A DNA stretch of 56,070 bases, counting the filler, from Sphacelaria rigidula (Eukaryota), in NCBI GenBank assembly GCA_964200075.2. It is 5 parts of 5 records of this genome, joined end to end, with 100 filler letters (N's around TTAATTAATTAA, not from the genome) between each part and the next. Parts side by side here need not be neighbours in the genome. Positions count along the whole stretch, not along the records: positions 22,474 to 33,606 come from CAXNAA020005342.1; positions 33,707 to 44,838 come from CAXNAA020005343.1; 3 more parts are not named here. One strand, written 5' to 3'. Positions 23,825 to 36,897 of the stretch are shown piece by piece. Numbering within the stretch: position 1 is the stretch's first letter; every line of letters begins with the position of its first letter. The position numbers and the translations under genes were made by a program. The notes beneath the pieces were generated by a model. That model did not search any database and was not told the DNA's origin. It worked only from the letters and a program-made list of their open reading frames with translations.

Positions 23825-25824
23825 TGAACAAAAAAGGGTGTATCCTCCTGGATTGTTACAAGGAAGGGTACTCTCACAGGCTCTTCTTTTCCGCGCCGTA
23901 GTGCGAACTCAGGACCTGGCGTGAAGATGATAAAAAATGGTCGAGCATGCTGCCCAGACACCTTGTGCGTAAGACTGAGGTGTTGTAACGTATTTTCGAG
24001 GCGTTCGGCCCCCGAGTACAGCGCCGCGCCCTCAACCGGAAAATGCGTTATCCTTCCATGCTTCAAAAATATGAGGGTGTACCCTTTTCTGTATTGTGAG
24101 CTTGCTTGTATTTTCATTTTTGTAACTACTTCTTTGAGGTTCACAGTACCCGGCATATGTATAGTATACATGTATCCCCTCTGTTCTTGTCTTATCTCCT
24201 AGTCCCCCTCGTCCTCGATGTTTTTCGTTTTATTTTTTTCCCTTCGTATTTCATCATATTTTTCTCTTCATCCAAACGGGTTATTTTGTGTTCTTGTTCT
24301 TCTTTCCTCTCCGTTGGCTTCCCCTCGTATGCTATTTTCCCTTGGTTTTTATCCTGTATATGTGCTCTCTCGGAAATCAGTCGCGGGAGTGGGCGCTCTA
24401 ACTATTCAGGGGTGTTTTGGTGTTTTGTTCGCGTACTACTCTTCGATAGAACTCGAGAATGTTACCGCCGGTAGATTTTGGTACAATAAACAGATCATCC
24501 TCAGCACACAGTGCCCAAGACAGTGTTAGTTGGTGTTGCCGGGCGGTACGAGTAAAAATCCCCATTTATCAGGAGGATGGTATTGACCGTGAAACACAGG
24601 TTTTCGGCTCTAGTGCAGTGAGTAAGTAGAATTTCAGAAGAAAAAAACTGAACATTTCTTCATGAATATGATCGGGACAGGTTCGATCGATCGAAGATAC
24701 CCAAGAGTAAGAATCTGGGCTGAAAAGTGGCAGGATCCCCGATGATCGGTCAGCCCGTAAGTCACTCAATGTTGAGTACAGATCATTTGTTTTTCTTGGA
24801 ATGTGGAGCGGATACAAATATATTCAGATCCCTGATGTGATCAGCCGTGGCAAGCGAAAAGAGCCCAGGAAAATCGCCAACTACGAAAATATCACAAATT
24901 GCCACAAAATGATTAGTTTGCCCGCCCGCTACTGTAGTTCGCGACAGGCCATTGATCAACCGATCAATAACTCAACGGGGGAAAATTCGTAGTCTCAAGA
25001 GATCAAGCCATCTCTCTCCTTGTACAGTATTTCGCCTTGTTATGTTAACATGGAGCAACGGATCGGCACCACTGCAACCCGTCCTCTTTCATTGTATATT
25101 TTCGTCTTTTCACAAATTCAAGTTTTGACGTTTGTGGACGACATATACCAGAAAAATGCTCCACTATTGGGGTATGAAGCCAAAATAAAACTTTCCGAAT
25201 TAGTGCTGATATGCTACCTGTTACTGACGGTTGGCGTCACAATGGCCCAGAATTCGGCAGGCTCACGCTGAAGTCGACTGATGACGTGAATACCAAAACG
25301 TGTCCGAATTGCTGTGGTCTAAAAGTTGTCTGCCCCCATACAAACCTTGACTAAGGACTCTTTTATTGATATGGTCTGTCCCCCCCCCCACGTCTTAAGA
25401 ACGTCTCGGGAGATGATGTTTTTCTCCAAGTGTGAGAGCATATGTCTCAACTAGGCCAGACAAGAGACTAATTGAAGACTGACTACCGATTCCTCCGAAA
25501 ATCTAGCGTGGTTTTCATTTTTCAACATGTTTTTCGGAGATGTGATGAAAAAACTCGCAATTTTTTGGTAACAGACGAAGATTCTGAACAGAGAAAATTG
25601 TCCCATGAAGATCCCTCATCACTGCAGATTGCCTGCCTATTTTTTCTCTGTGCATCAGGTTTTGGCCGAGCAGCTTGGATTTGGGGACTTTGGAGCAAAG
25701 GCGGCATCAACAGATCGCATCAAATCGGGACCCAAGAAGAAGAAATGAACCGTTCAGAGAAAAAAAGTGGGAGAAGACCGGGAGTTAACGGAGACCGCCG
25801 TCCTGTTGTAGGTGGTGGTCGGGA

Positions 25825-25962
25825 AATATTCCACACCCTGGACGATAGATTATTTTGTCGAAAAATGTACTGCGTACAGTATGCAATCTATTGCCGGTAG
25901 CAATGGGCGCATTAGACGATACTTTTTGACTGTGTATTCTATTGTCCAGGGTATGAAATATT
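25825..25962. mobile_element. Small MITE, CACACCCTGGAC-TIR family, copy 3
   Basis: aatattccacaccctggac ... gtccagggtatgaaatatt; inverted relative to copy 1. Confidence 0.75.
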
Positions 25963-26353
25963 CTCATCTTGCAGAGGTGGAGGAGGAAAGCGCGCAAGTA
26001 TCAGAAAGCTGAGGCGTGTTGAGGTTGGCGGGGAGATGACGTGTTGGGCGATGGCCTGGATATCCATAATCACGAGTATTCCCTATATCTCCATTTTTGT
26101 GATGTGAAACCTTTGCAGGGTACGGAAACCGGCCTGCGACATATATGTAAGATTGGAATGATCTCGACCGTTGGGTTTTCTGTTTCAGGATGGTTAGGCC
26201 GTGTTTCGAAGTTGAGTGGCGAGCTGTTGTTTTTAGGCTTTGTGGGAGGCCGGTGGTGGTGTTGAAGAATAAATGTGGTGAAAAGTTTTCGTGTCGTTGT
26301 TTCCGTGGAACTCTGTCACGGCATGTGTCTTCGATTGCCGATGTGCTACCTCG

Positions 26354-26572
26354 CCTTTTTTGAGGAAGCGGAATTTCGACATTCCCTTCCTTCCGTTTCT
26401 GTGTGAGCTTCTGGTTTCCTTGCTGCATTTTGTTTGCGTCCACGGCTGGACCTTTTTTTGAGGAAGCGGAATTTCGATATTCCCTTCCTTCCGTTTCTGT
26501 GTGAGCTTCTGTGTCCCTTGCTGCATTTTGTTTGCGTCCACGGCTGAACCCCTGGGGGTTCAGTTGAAGTGC

Positions 26573-26604
<32 letters not shown>
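26354..26604 (+). repeat. Tandem duplication of about 98 bp followed by a (CAAT)n tail; possible non-LTR retroelement 3' end
   Basis: Two near-identical units at 26354-26550, then (CAAT)n at 26575-26604. The retroelement reading is inferred only from the simple-repeat tail. Confidence 0.7.
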
Positions 26605-26606
<2 letters not shown>

Positions 26607-27136
26607 TCTCGTCGGCCTGCACTATTTCGAAATTCCGAATAATTCGTCATTTGTTTTAGTCAACATATTTGCCAATTCATCAGATGGTCGCACTTGGGCG
26701 TTTGGGGATGAATGCCAAACACACCATTTTGAGGGGTTTGGGATGCAGCCCCCCGTTCATCACCCCTTTGCCGAAATGTCGTCGAGCAAGCTCCAATCGG
26801 GACAAGAGGACGTGTCCACTTACTCGAAATGGTACTGTCCTTCGTTGAATGGCAAACGGGATCTGTATCCTCGTCCTTTCACGTCGTCGAGCGAAGCTCT
26901 AGTCGGGACAAAAGGGCATGCCCACTAAGTCAAAATGGTCCTGTCGTGGACCCTACACCACTCCAGACACCCGTTTACCTTGTACTACATGGATATGGCC
27001 ACTTGTGCACATGTTCACGTACCCGGTGGACAAATCTTCGCAGCGACTGGCCTTTCATGTGTCTCCGTGCGCCAGTCATGCTACGGTAGCGATTGCACAA
27101 TCGGGCCCATTTTCTTCTCACACTCAGGGCGTGTCT

Positions 27137-27903
27137 CAGCACTTTTTTTCCCGATCGGATAGGTCCACCGCATTTATGTTCCTCGAAGGCTTCAACTCAA
27201 CATTGTGATATGTGGCGCGCGGAGAAGAATGCAACGACGTAGAAAACAATCGTTTTCGATCGAAAACATGCGGTCGAAAGGATCGAAGCGGCAGTTGACT
27301 CTCATCTTACAGACCACGCCAAATAACACCGGCCCACAGGACCATACAAAATCCGTTCAACTCATTCTCAGCTACCACCGTAACCTTGCAGCATAGAGCA
27401 CGAGTTGGGCACAGAGATATATACACTGGAGTATTTTGGTGTGCTTTGTTTACTTTTTGTTGGCGAAAACTTGCGCATCTTCTCTCATGACGAGCATCAG
27501 GGACGGAACTGCGTATTATGCTGGGCAACTGAGTTGCGTGCACCCTCATGGACAGTGCATGCAGAGCAATGCTGCACGTTGCTGAAGTCCTTTTCACGCC
27601 GCTTTGTAAGCAAAGAGAGCTGATAGTCCTGGGGTGGCTCCACCTCACGTTGCCCGCTTCTCCTTTTTATCCTCCTGCACGAAACACGCACACACGCACT
27701 CAAGACACCCTGCTCGCAAACAGTGCAAACGGTACAGACTGTCTGTACTCTACACGAGTGACCATGTACCGTTTCACGAATTTCAATGTCTTTTTTCAAT
27801 CGCGAGCTTGAAGATTCATTCGGACCCAATTGCATCAAAACGAGAATTTTTCGCTCAAATCAATTCCACCGCTTCATTTTTTCGATCTAAAAAAAAAGTA
27901 CTA
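27137..27903. mobile_element. 767-bp TIR element (possibly hAT-type), copy 2
   Basis: cagcactttttttcccgatcg ... cgatctaaaaaaaaagtacta. Full-length homolog of 17221-17990. Confidence 0.75.
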
Positions 27904-28239
27904 GAAAACGAAGGGGGAAACCAAGGAGGTACAACAGGGAGCAGAACTTTTACGTGGGGGATTCCAAAGAAAAAATGGCAAGATCAGTCGCAACCAACGC
28001 GTGTTGGTCGGAAGCAAGGGAATCAAAGTCTGAAATCGGTGATCCAACGAGATCGAGCGCCAGCCTAAAGGAGAGTACTAGAGCTCCAGTAGTCGTAGAT
28101 GGTGGGTAACTCCTAGTGGTCTCCGATCGTCGTCCGATGCAGGTGGTCCTGGTGTGGACGTCGTAGAGTAGGGTCCTAGTAAAGAAGAGAGGGGAAAATA
28201 CAAAAGAAGAGAAGAAAGGTTGCAGTGAAGGAGCGTGGT

Positions 28240-28845
28240 TCAAAGCGATGCGTGGACGTCGTGGGTGTGGTCGATGTTGCGCTGGAGACCGCGGCGCAGT
28301 CGTGTTGACTCGGGTCGCTGAAGGCACCAGGATCCGCGTGGGGTAGATGGGCTGGTGGTGTATTGTGCTGGCCGAAGCTTGAGCAGTATGGGTCCAGGGT
28401 CATCGACGAAGCGCACGATGTACGTGTCGGCAGAAACCAGCTTAGCGGAGTGGGTCTGACCCAACCACCAGAGGTTGTCGCTGCCTCTGTACCAAAGGTA
28501 GCTGCACTTGGGTAGTATTCGCTGGTTTGCGAAGAACTTCGCCGTACAAGTCTTGGTGGGTACAAGTTCGTAGCCATCGGCGACAAAGCGTAGTCCTTGA
28601 TTGCGGTGAAGTTCGCGGGCTGCTGCACCACGTCGCATGTTGAGATATTTCTTGTTGCGAGCAAGATGTTGATGTTGGGATTGCGTCTATTACAGGAGAG
28701 TTGCACGGCGGTGCAATTGAAGGTCGGATTCACGTTCTCAAGACGCTTTCCGAAGGACTTACCAGTGTGTCTTATACATGATAGCATTTTTGCCACCTCG
28801 ACCACGAGTGATCCAGTGGCCGGCCATGGTGAACACGGCCAATGG
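28240..28845 (-). pseudogene. Integrase C-terminal extension: chromodomain-like plus Tudor-like segment
   Basis: One frame reads VFTMAGHWITRGRGGKNAIMYKTHW*VLRKAS*ERESDL (chromodomain pattern) and then LPKCSYLWYRGSDNLWWLGQ...DTYIVRFVDDPG. Confidence 0.65.
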
Positions 28846-29059
28846 AGGGGCTGTTCCGTCACGCCGTCGGTTGTCACATGGTAGGGTGGGGACTCGGTCG
28901 AGTAGTTGTTGAGAACATAATTCGTGAGTCTGGCAGGCAAGCACTTGGGCATGTCGTTTGTATCATGCGGGTTCGTGCAGGGTTTTCATCTGTGCACGGA
29001 GACGCGAGGTTTGGCGCCCTTGCCCTGGAGGTCGCGAGGCAGGTCGAGATGGAGCAGTT

Positions 29060-30040
29060 TATCCTGTCCAACTGAGGGATAACTTTGTCTTCAACATTGT
29101 TTCGTTGGCTGCCTTGCTGGTGCCTTGGCGGATGGTCGACAAGCTGTTGTAGATCCAAACAATCACCAACTTTCCAGTTGGGGCGTTTGTGCATGAGGCT
29201 GTAGAGAGCAGTGTTAGATCTCTCAAGGCGCGAGGTATTGATAGCATGTTGTTCGCGTACGAGGGTAAACGCTTTACGTTGTCGTGAATGCGCTAGTTCG
29301 TGATAGGATATCTGATCCTGATCCAATCCCTGGTGGCCATCAAACGTGTGTCGCTCAAACACGGTAATGAGCAGCCGAGGGTAACGTCCAAGATGGAGTT
29401 CGTGCGGGGAAAGGCCTGTGGCGGCGTTAACCGAGTTGTTGTAGGACAGCACGGTTTGCGAGAGATGTAGGTCCCAGTCATTTTGGCGGTCATTGACAAC
29501 CACAGAGGGCATCTGGGCCATGGTGTGATTAACTATTTCGGTTTCACCGTTACCGTTTGGGTGAAAGACGCTCGTGGCAATTTTTCGGATGCCCAGGAGC
29601 ATTAGAGAGATCTGAGCAAAATTGCTGAGCATTGTCTGAAAGGAGTCTTTCCGGGCAACCGCAGTGCTTAATGTAGTCGTGGACCGATATATCGGCCGTT
29701 CCGGCGGCAGTGGAATCTGCAGCGGTTATCGTGTACATGGACGCGTGGCGGCTAAAGCGGTCGGTGAAGAGTAAGATGTAGGTGTTGCCACGACCTGTGG
29801 TCGGTAGAGGGCCAAAGTAGTCAATACCCAAAAGGTGACCTGGAGCGCTGGGGAGTCCCATAGAGATGACGGGCTAGCGTACTGTCTGCCGTGAAGTTTT
29901 TCGAGCTTGACATTTGAAGCATCGCCGAATCCAGAAGCGGTTGGAATTTTCCATGTCAACTCACCAGTAGAAGCGTTCCAAGAGCGCTTGGGTGCGAGTG
30001 ACGCCAAGGTGACATGACACGTCTGTGTGACAGCCTTTCA
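29060..30040 (-). pseudogene. pol: Gypsy integrase (HHCC + DDE core), frameshifted
   Basis: HTDVSCHLG ... CFKCQARK; IDYFGPLP, TDRFSR, LLSDNAQQF, HPNGNGETE, YNNSVNAATGLSP; KLSLSWTG. Confidence 0.92.
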
Positions 30041-30989
30041 CAACCCAAGGGCGCATTAATAATGGGACATATATATGCACATTGGTTCGTCATCGAAAGG
30101 TCGTGCGTGGCGTCCCGTGGTTGAGACGGAAAGTGCACCCGTCAAAGGTGAGGCGACGCACGAGTAGTTGTACGCCTTCATCCGTAGTGAAAACGGGGCC
30201 TTCACGACGAGTTCATATACGTCTGAAATATCTGGGGGTGGTAGTGTGTCAACCGGGGCCAGAAGGGCGGATGGAAAAGGGACCGGACAGTCAAGCTATG
30301 AGCACCGGATAGCTGCGCGACATAAAGGTTCCACGTTTTGCTCGCGAGCCCAATCGCGGTGAAAGTAGCTGGCGAGAAACTCGCGTAGTTGACCTTCCGC
30401 TGGAGAGCCGACCAAACATGGTGGGGTTGGCGGGGGGGGAATAGGCGACGGGGCAGAAATACCGACGTCAATATCTGCCCCGAGAGCAGCAACTAAGTCG
30501 TCGGCTCCATGCTCGAGAGGGGTAGATGTAGGTGGCGCCGTTATGGGCGGCGGGGCTGTATTAGTGCGCGGCGAAGATTGTCCGCGACGCGTGAGGCACG
30601 TTGCAGTAGTTTTCGGGGAGCGTTGCGTACTGGTCCGTGGGACCAGTGCTGCGTGGCTCGTGATATATGCAGGTGTTATCATTGGCGGCGGGGCACTCGG
30701 GGGCGGGTTGCGGGCGGCAGGCCGGGAGCACGTGTTGTCGGAAATCCATGAAAAGCTTCGCGCGAGTACCCAAAGTGCGGAAATCGATAAAACCGGAGGT
30801 AGTAGGTTTTAACCCACCCAACACGGCGCCATATGGTAAAGGGCGAGGACCGCCCATGTGCATACTAGTTTCTGGGCTCTGTAGGTCAAGGGCGGGTGTT
30901 GAAAAACGTCTTAAAGGGTAAATCCCAGGCTCATCGGGTTCCGTTAAACGGCAAGCCGGGCTGAAATCTGCGGCCGTAGGCGGCAGGGG

Positions 30990-31291
30990 TAGTCGGAAAA
31001 GATAAGCGTTTCCGTTGCTTTCACCTGAACGGTGCTTGATGGTATATCGGTATACTGTTAGAAAATCCAACCATCGTTGTACACGCGGGTCGTGTTCGCC
31101 AACCTTGGCGAGTTGTTCGAGTGCTCCATGATCCGTATAAATCTTAAATGGTACGTGAAACAGAGGTTGTCGGAGGCGCTTATAGTGGCCCAGGTGATTA
31201 CCCCGCTTTCCAATACTAGCGGGCTCCAGTTGGCCTAGTTGGGCAGGGTGGCGCGGCTGATGTAGTGGATGGTGCGATTGGTGCCATCGAC
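30990..31291 (-). pseudogene. pol: Gypsy RNase H remainder (interrupted)
   Basis: Reads IHYISRATL ... FKIYTDHGALEQL ... RVQRWLDFLTVYRYTIKHRSGESNGNA, with stops and frameshifts. Confidence 0.85.
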
Positions 31292-32143
31292 CTAAGGCTG
31301 ATTCAAAACTCCTCCAAATCCGTCTGTGCTGGCGTCAGAGTGTAGTTGGAAAAGGCGAGAGCTATCTTGTACTGCCTTCCAATCAGGAAAACAGAGCACC
31401 GGCTTTTCGGTAAGCGTTTTTATCAATTTGTGGGTGATATTCTCCATATCGGTGGTGAGGGTAAACGCGGCCCCTTTCTTGAGTAACTCAGTAAGGGGAC
31501 GAATGCGTTTGTATAATTCCGGCAAAAAATTGCGGTAGTACAAAAGTCCACCCAACAATGAGCAAAGTTGAAAGATGTTGGTTAGCATCGGCAAGTCAGT
31601 CATCGCCTTGACTTTGTTTGTATCTGGATGTAGACCTGCTGGCGAAATGGAATGTCCCAGGGAATCCAAGTCAGTCGCATTGAGGCGAGCTTTGGATGGA
31701 GACAGTTGCAAATCGTGTGTTCGTAGGCGAGAGAGGAATTCTCGTAGAGTGCGGATGTGTGCGATAGTGGAGGCATCGAAGGCGATAGCGTCATCCAGGT
31801 ACATTGTGATGTGCTCGAGGCCCTCGGTGATGCGTCGCATTAAGCGTTGAAAGCATGCCAGAGCAGTGGCAGCGCCATGTGACACTCGAAACCACTCATA
31901 CAGGCCGGACGAGGTACAGAAGGCCGTATATGGGACTGTGTTAGGGTGTATAGCATTCTGGAATAATCCAGAAGCGAGGTCGAAGGTGCTGAATATGTTT
32001 CCTTCGCCTAAGGAGTCGAAGACTTCATCGATGCGGGGGATTGAAAGTTTACCAACCACAGTGACGCGGTCCAACCGTCGGTAATTCACGGTTATGCGTT
32101 TGTTCCCATATTTTGGGGGACGACTAAAGGTAACAGGGGATTC
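31292..32143 (-). pseudogene. pol: Gypsy reverse transcriptase and start of RNase H
   Basis: NYRRLD, IPRIDEV, FSTFDLASGLFQ, TAFCTSSGLYEW, MYLDD (YLDD at about 31790-31801), LGHSIS, LHSDAS. Confidence 0.95.
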
Positions 32144-33154
32144 TATAAAATGAGGTTCATCAATGAAATGAGGTTTGAAGACCCTAGCCGTTGAATGACG
32201 AAAAGCCCTCAGGAGTACCGCACGACACTGCGGATGCGCAATTTTGAGGAGGAGTAGGAAGTGCGTCCGTGGTTTCACATGCCGCCCATCTCTGGTTAGC
32301 TGCGGGCGACGGGACATAACAACGTTTGTTTGATTGTCGACGGATGTTTTCACTGTTGTTCATCTTGAGGCTCGTGTCCAGACAAAAATCTCGGGCGTCA
32401 AATTGCTGTCAGTAAGGTCAGTAATGTGCTGTCAGTGATGTGGTGGGGGGATATCACTGCCAACGCAGTGATGTGCCGAGCGGATGATTGAGCGTCCACT
32501 GCCCTGAAGAATCGACGGCCGATGCACAACGTGAATAGTTTATTGCACGACTCAACCGTACCGCAAATACTCGTCGAGCTTTCCAATCCGGTTCGAGCAT
32601 ATATGAGGCGGCAATGTCTCTGTCGAAAGAGAAATCGTTGGTATCCACCCCCAAGATCGCTTTGTACGGTTCCGCCATACACACCATCGCAACACTGCAT
32701 TATGCTACATGACAGCATCTCGACCCCGCCCTGAACCGTACGTTCGCGCCCGCATCCCGACCTGTATGTGAACCTATTGCTTTCACTCTCCAACTGCGCC
32801 ACTACAACTCGAGACTCCAGCGTTATCACTAGTTGCTATTACCATCACCACCATCATCACCATCGCCATCACTTCCAGTATCACAGTCATCATGGTCATC
32901 ATCGGGGGCTACCTCGTCCGCTAACCCCTCTCGACCCGTGTCGCGTCTGGCCCTCAGCCACCTTTGCTCGAATCCCGATCCACCTACGACCAGATCCCCG
33001 AGTGTGACCGCGATAGGCTGCTTCGCGGTGAGTCTCCCTTTCCTCTCTCGACTCTCTTGCACACTGGCTTTACAACATGCTGCGTATCATTTGCGCCGCC
33101 TATCGCAGCGGTAATGTGCGAGTCTCTGAATGGGCACGTGTCTGAGACCTCCAA

Positions 33155-33406
33155 CTACAGGGCCACTTCCGGCTGGCAGGCTTCCCTGCCGTGTTCTACG
33201 AGGCGCCTGAGTTGTCTGTTGGATGCGACCAAGGCCATGCGAATACACTGCTGATGCAGAATTTCTTGCGGCATCGAATCCACAGCCTCTCTAGGCGTGT
33301 TGTATACCCTGTACTTTCCCCACAAGGGAATTTCAGGATATATGATCTTCTGCTGGCCGAGCTTCGTGATGAGGAACAGCTCGTTCATCTGATTGAATGT
33401 CGAACG
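33155..33406 (-). CDS. Possible terminal exon of an unidentified gene
   Basis: A pyrimidine-rich tract and cgcag acceptor precede an open frame RSTFNQMNELFLITKLGQQKIIYPEIPLWGKYRVYN...EVAL*. No family recognised. Confidence 0.3.
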   Translation of the reverse strand, partial: RSTFNQMNELFLITKLGQQKIIYPEIPLWGKYRVYNTPREAVDSMPQEILHQQCIRMALVASNRQLRRLVEHGREACQPEVAL

Positions 33407-33606
33407 CTGCGACCGAAATCAACGGTGGACGAGGTAGAGACGGCCGGCGGCAACGAATATGAGAAAGTCAATTCAGGATACGGAGGAGGGGCGGTGGTTA
33501 GAATCAGCGCTCAGACAGGGGTCTCAAAACCACGATGTGTAGTTGTTCCCGAAACCACATGTCCCCCGGGCATCGCGATGTGGACGCGCCCATAAACGGA
33601 CCCGAA

Positions 33607-33706
33607 NNNNNNNNNNNNNNNNNNNNNNNNNNNNNNNNNNNNNNNNNNNNTTAATTAATTAANNNNNNNNNNNNNNNNNNNNNNNNNNNNNNNNNNNNNN
33701 NNNNNN
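33607..33706. other. Artificial contig linker
   Basis: N44-TTAATTAATTAA-N44. Confidence 0.99.
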
Positions 33707-34769
33707 TCTCGAAAGGGGAGTGTGGTCAAGGGGAAAAACTAAAAGAGAAAAAAAAAAAGGAGAAGCCCCCCCCCCCCCCTCCCAAATAATATATATATAT
33801 ATATATATATATCCCACCACCTGACCCCTTTCCCCCCGGCGGGCGCCCTCTCTCCGCAATAATAGAATCTGACGACCCAAACCACGAGAGTTGACATATC
33901 TCGAACATCGTTTCAACGGTTATTTACTGCATCCTATGAGGCCATAGTGAACCTTTGTCTCGTAACTCGGGTATGTGGGCTGCGGAAACCATGCCGTTAT
34001 TTTTTCGACGAAATATGAATTTCGACCGCGGGTAGAGAGCTGTGGGGTTTGCACTAAAATGATACAGGGTGGAAGCAGCTGTCCGTGTCGGCAAGGCACC
34101 CCCTGCACTGACTGCAGCGCAAAGAGGTCGTCACGAAAGCTTCGCCGATTGATTATCTCACCAGTATAATTCCATGCAGTTCAGCGTGATAGGCTTACGT
34201 TGAGGATGATCAAAGGACATGAGATGACAAAAGTATCGTGTGACAACTTGTGAGCGTCGCCCGACCCCACTCTACGAAATACAGCTTTTGAAAACGCGAC
34301 GGCAGCTTCGTCACGAAATTCACCGCATATAACGTGTGTATGTGTGTGTCAGCGAGAGAGATAAACAGAGAGAGAAAGGCAGACAGACAGACAAACAGAG
34401 GGTGAGTGCGTGCTAGCTGTATTGTGCGTGTGTGTTTGTGCCACTGTAGCTGTATTTGCTCGGTGCTGCTGAAAAGCAGCGCAATTTTCCCGGGACTGTC
34501 GTATGCATGACGTTTGTATGAGCTCGTGCTCAAAAGTGGTGAACAGAGGCGGCGGGCAGCTTACAGTACGTCTGTGGTTCCAGATTTGATCCTCTCGGGA
34601 AAAGAATAATTGTTGCCATCATCGCCTGCCTCGGTTTGGCCAAAAGTACAATCATATTCATCATCATCACCTGCTCCCATACTGTGAATTTTCCAAAAAC
34701 TATCCCCGCCCGCCCAAGGAGTGAACTATACAGGTTGGTTCACGGTGATCACCCAAAAAAAACGCATCG

Positions 34770-35070
34770 GCGAAACCTCACGCCGTTTTAAGGAGTTAGA
34801 CCCTGAAATTTTGCACAAATCTTCTATGGGTAATTACGCAACTTTCGATGATCGAGGTTTTCTTAATTTTCGATTTTTTTTCACCGTTTTTCGGGGGTCC
34901 CAGCATGGAGACTACTTCGAAAAACGACTTCGATCCCGTTGGACCCCCGAAAAACGGTGAAAACCTCAAGAAGTACAAAACACATCGTCCATAGAAAGTT
35001 GCGTAATGATAAATAGTATATCTATGCGGAGTTTCAGGATCTAACTCGTCATGACAGCGTGGAAGTTTGC
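34770..35070. mobile_element. Foldback element of about 300 bp
   Basis: gagttagaccctgaaa ... attacgcaactttc is mirrored by gaaagttgcgtaat ... tttcaggatctaactc. Confidence 0.7.
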
Positions 35071-36578
35071 GCGTTTGTGGAGGACATGGGCTTGAAACGT
35101 GCAACTCCTAACTATCTGGTTTTAGTATGGAAACGTATTTTGGAGTGAATTTAACGTCAAGGCAAGAAAAACTGTACGAAGTTTGCGATTTTCTCCACCA
35201 AACTTTGTACATGTGTTCCTTGGATTCTCCCGGGACGCATCATTCCATTATTCTTATTCTAGGGCATTCTGTACCGGCTTCCGGGGGTCTTCATACTGGG
35301 ACCCCCAGAAGCCGGTAGAGAACGGGGAAAACATGATATATTGTTAAGAACACAACTTTTCCATTTTGAGCATCAATACCTGCGGAACTGCCGAGTTGAG
35401 GGCGATCTGAGCTTTTCTACAACAGATATAATAGGGGACACCGTCACGAGGCTCCCTGGGTCTTTCGTGCGTATCATAATGGAAATTAGACGACGCCAAC
35501 ACCCGACATCCATCACCGAAACATCACGGTTTCGGGTATAATTCGACCCCCGCAGTAACCGTTTAAAAAATATGGTTTTAGGCAGCATGGCGTCAGCTGC
35601 AACAAAAGCTTGCGTGCAGTATACAGGACTTGAACAGCTGAAGCTGCTCGCGAGCAAGTTCTTTCTCCACCTAATTTCAGGTGTTCTTGGTGTACAAATC
35701 CCATCTGCGATATACAGTGTATATATATATAGGTTTGTCTGTACAGGTGAAGCTCTTCGAAGTGAATCCTTTCTCAACTATAATTCCAAGTTGGGAATTA
35801 GGATATATCTCGAACAGCAGCGGCTGTCCAAATTTCAGATTTCCATTACACCTGTGCCTCTAAAAACAATTCGGGGGATATTCCAGTGTTATTGACACGG
35901 ACCTTCGAGGGCCGCCCCAAAATTCAGAAGTACAAAAAGCTCGAGTAATTCGCAACGAATGCCACACGTAGCTCCGTGTGTAACCCGCATGTGACATCAT
36001 TGTGAAATCGAGGGTTCCACCCCGGTCCAGCCTGATCAGTTTTTTTTTCCGCCAGTACCTTGCACCCGCAGCTGCTTGCGCCCGCAGCTGCTTGTGAAGA
36101 GTAGTGTTTGTGCGTAAACACACTGCACAGCATTCCCAGCAGCGATGGAACCCTGTGATGCACACTATTCATGACCACTGTAGGGAAACCCTGCGCAGCG
36201 TCCTGTGCTACGCTGGAAAACACTGTACAGTAAAATTCCCGCCAGAAACACTGCGCAGGGTACGTGAACCCTGTAGACCCCCTCCACAGGGTGCTATCTG
36301 TCCACGTGTGACGGATTGGTTGCCATACAAGATGGTCTAAGCAAATCAAACAAAATAAACAAACAAACAAAAATGCGGTACGTACGCCTTGCGTACGCCC
36401 ATATTTATGTAACCGTTCCCCTCCGACCTTTTTTTCTTCCGTTTCGACAAAATGGCGGGTTGATTATCGAGGACCACCGTGCTGACCCGGAACGCGAGGT
36501 GTGCATCGCGATAAGCGTGTGCATACATACAGAGTGCATTTAACTCCTACTAGACAGAGGTTCCTACCCTTCAGCAAC

Positions 36579-36801
36579 ATGATGATGGTGAAAGCTTCTT
36601 TGTCAAAGGCGTCCGCTCTGTTGGCGTTTCTCTCCACCGGCGCCATCATGGGCAACAATATTCTTGCTCAAGCCACGGTGACCTCGTCCAAGTTATTCTT
36701 CCCGAATTTCACCTCCGTTTCTGACTTAGGAGGAGAATCACTGAGCGACGAGGCATGCGGTGGAGAACTCGTACTGCTGACGGAGGTTTTCGGCTTCTAT
36801 G
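36579..36801 (+). CDS. Unknown secreted acidic Ser/Thr/Cys-rich protein, exon 1 (signal peptide)
   Basis: MMMVKASLSKASALLAFLSTGAIMGNNILAQATV...DEACGGELVLLTEVFGFY; G|gtaagc donor, phase 1. Confidence 0.7.
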
Positions 36802-36897
36802 GTAAGCGTGTTCAGGTTCTATTGTGCTGCTCTCGGATTTCGTTGGATCGCGCGAGTGGCCTAAAGATACGAAAGGCTTTTTACCGGTCGTGACTCG

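Larger units (their letters stand above)
27904..32143 (-). mobile_element. Decayed Ty3/Gypsy (chromovirus-like) LTR-retrotransposon fragment
   Basis: Domain order RT, RNase H, integrase, chromodomain, with many stops and frameshifts. I did not recognise gag, protease or LTRs. The lower boundary is approximate. Confidence 0.93.

Noticed and set aside
32144..32353. N-terminal 70 aa of the 353-aa RT ORF as gag or protease
   Set aside because: There is no protease or gag motif; RT similarity begins only at about ESPV, so this part is probably read-through from unrelated flank.
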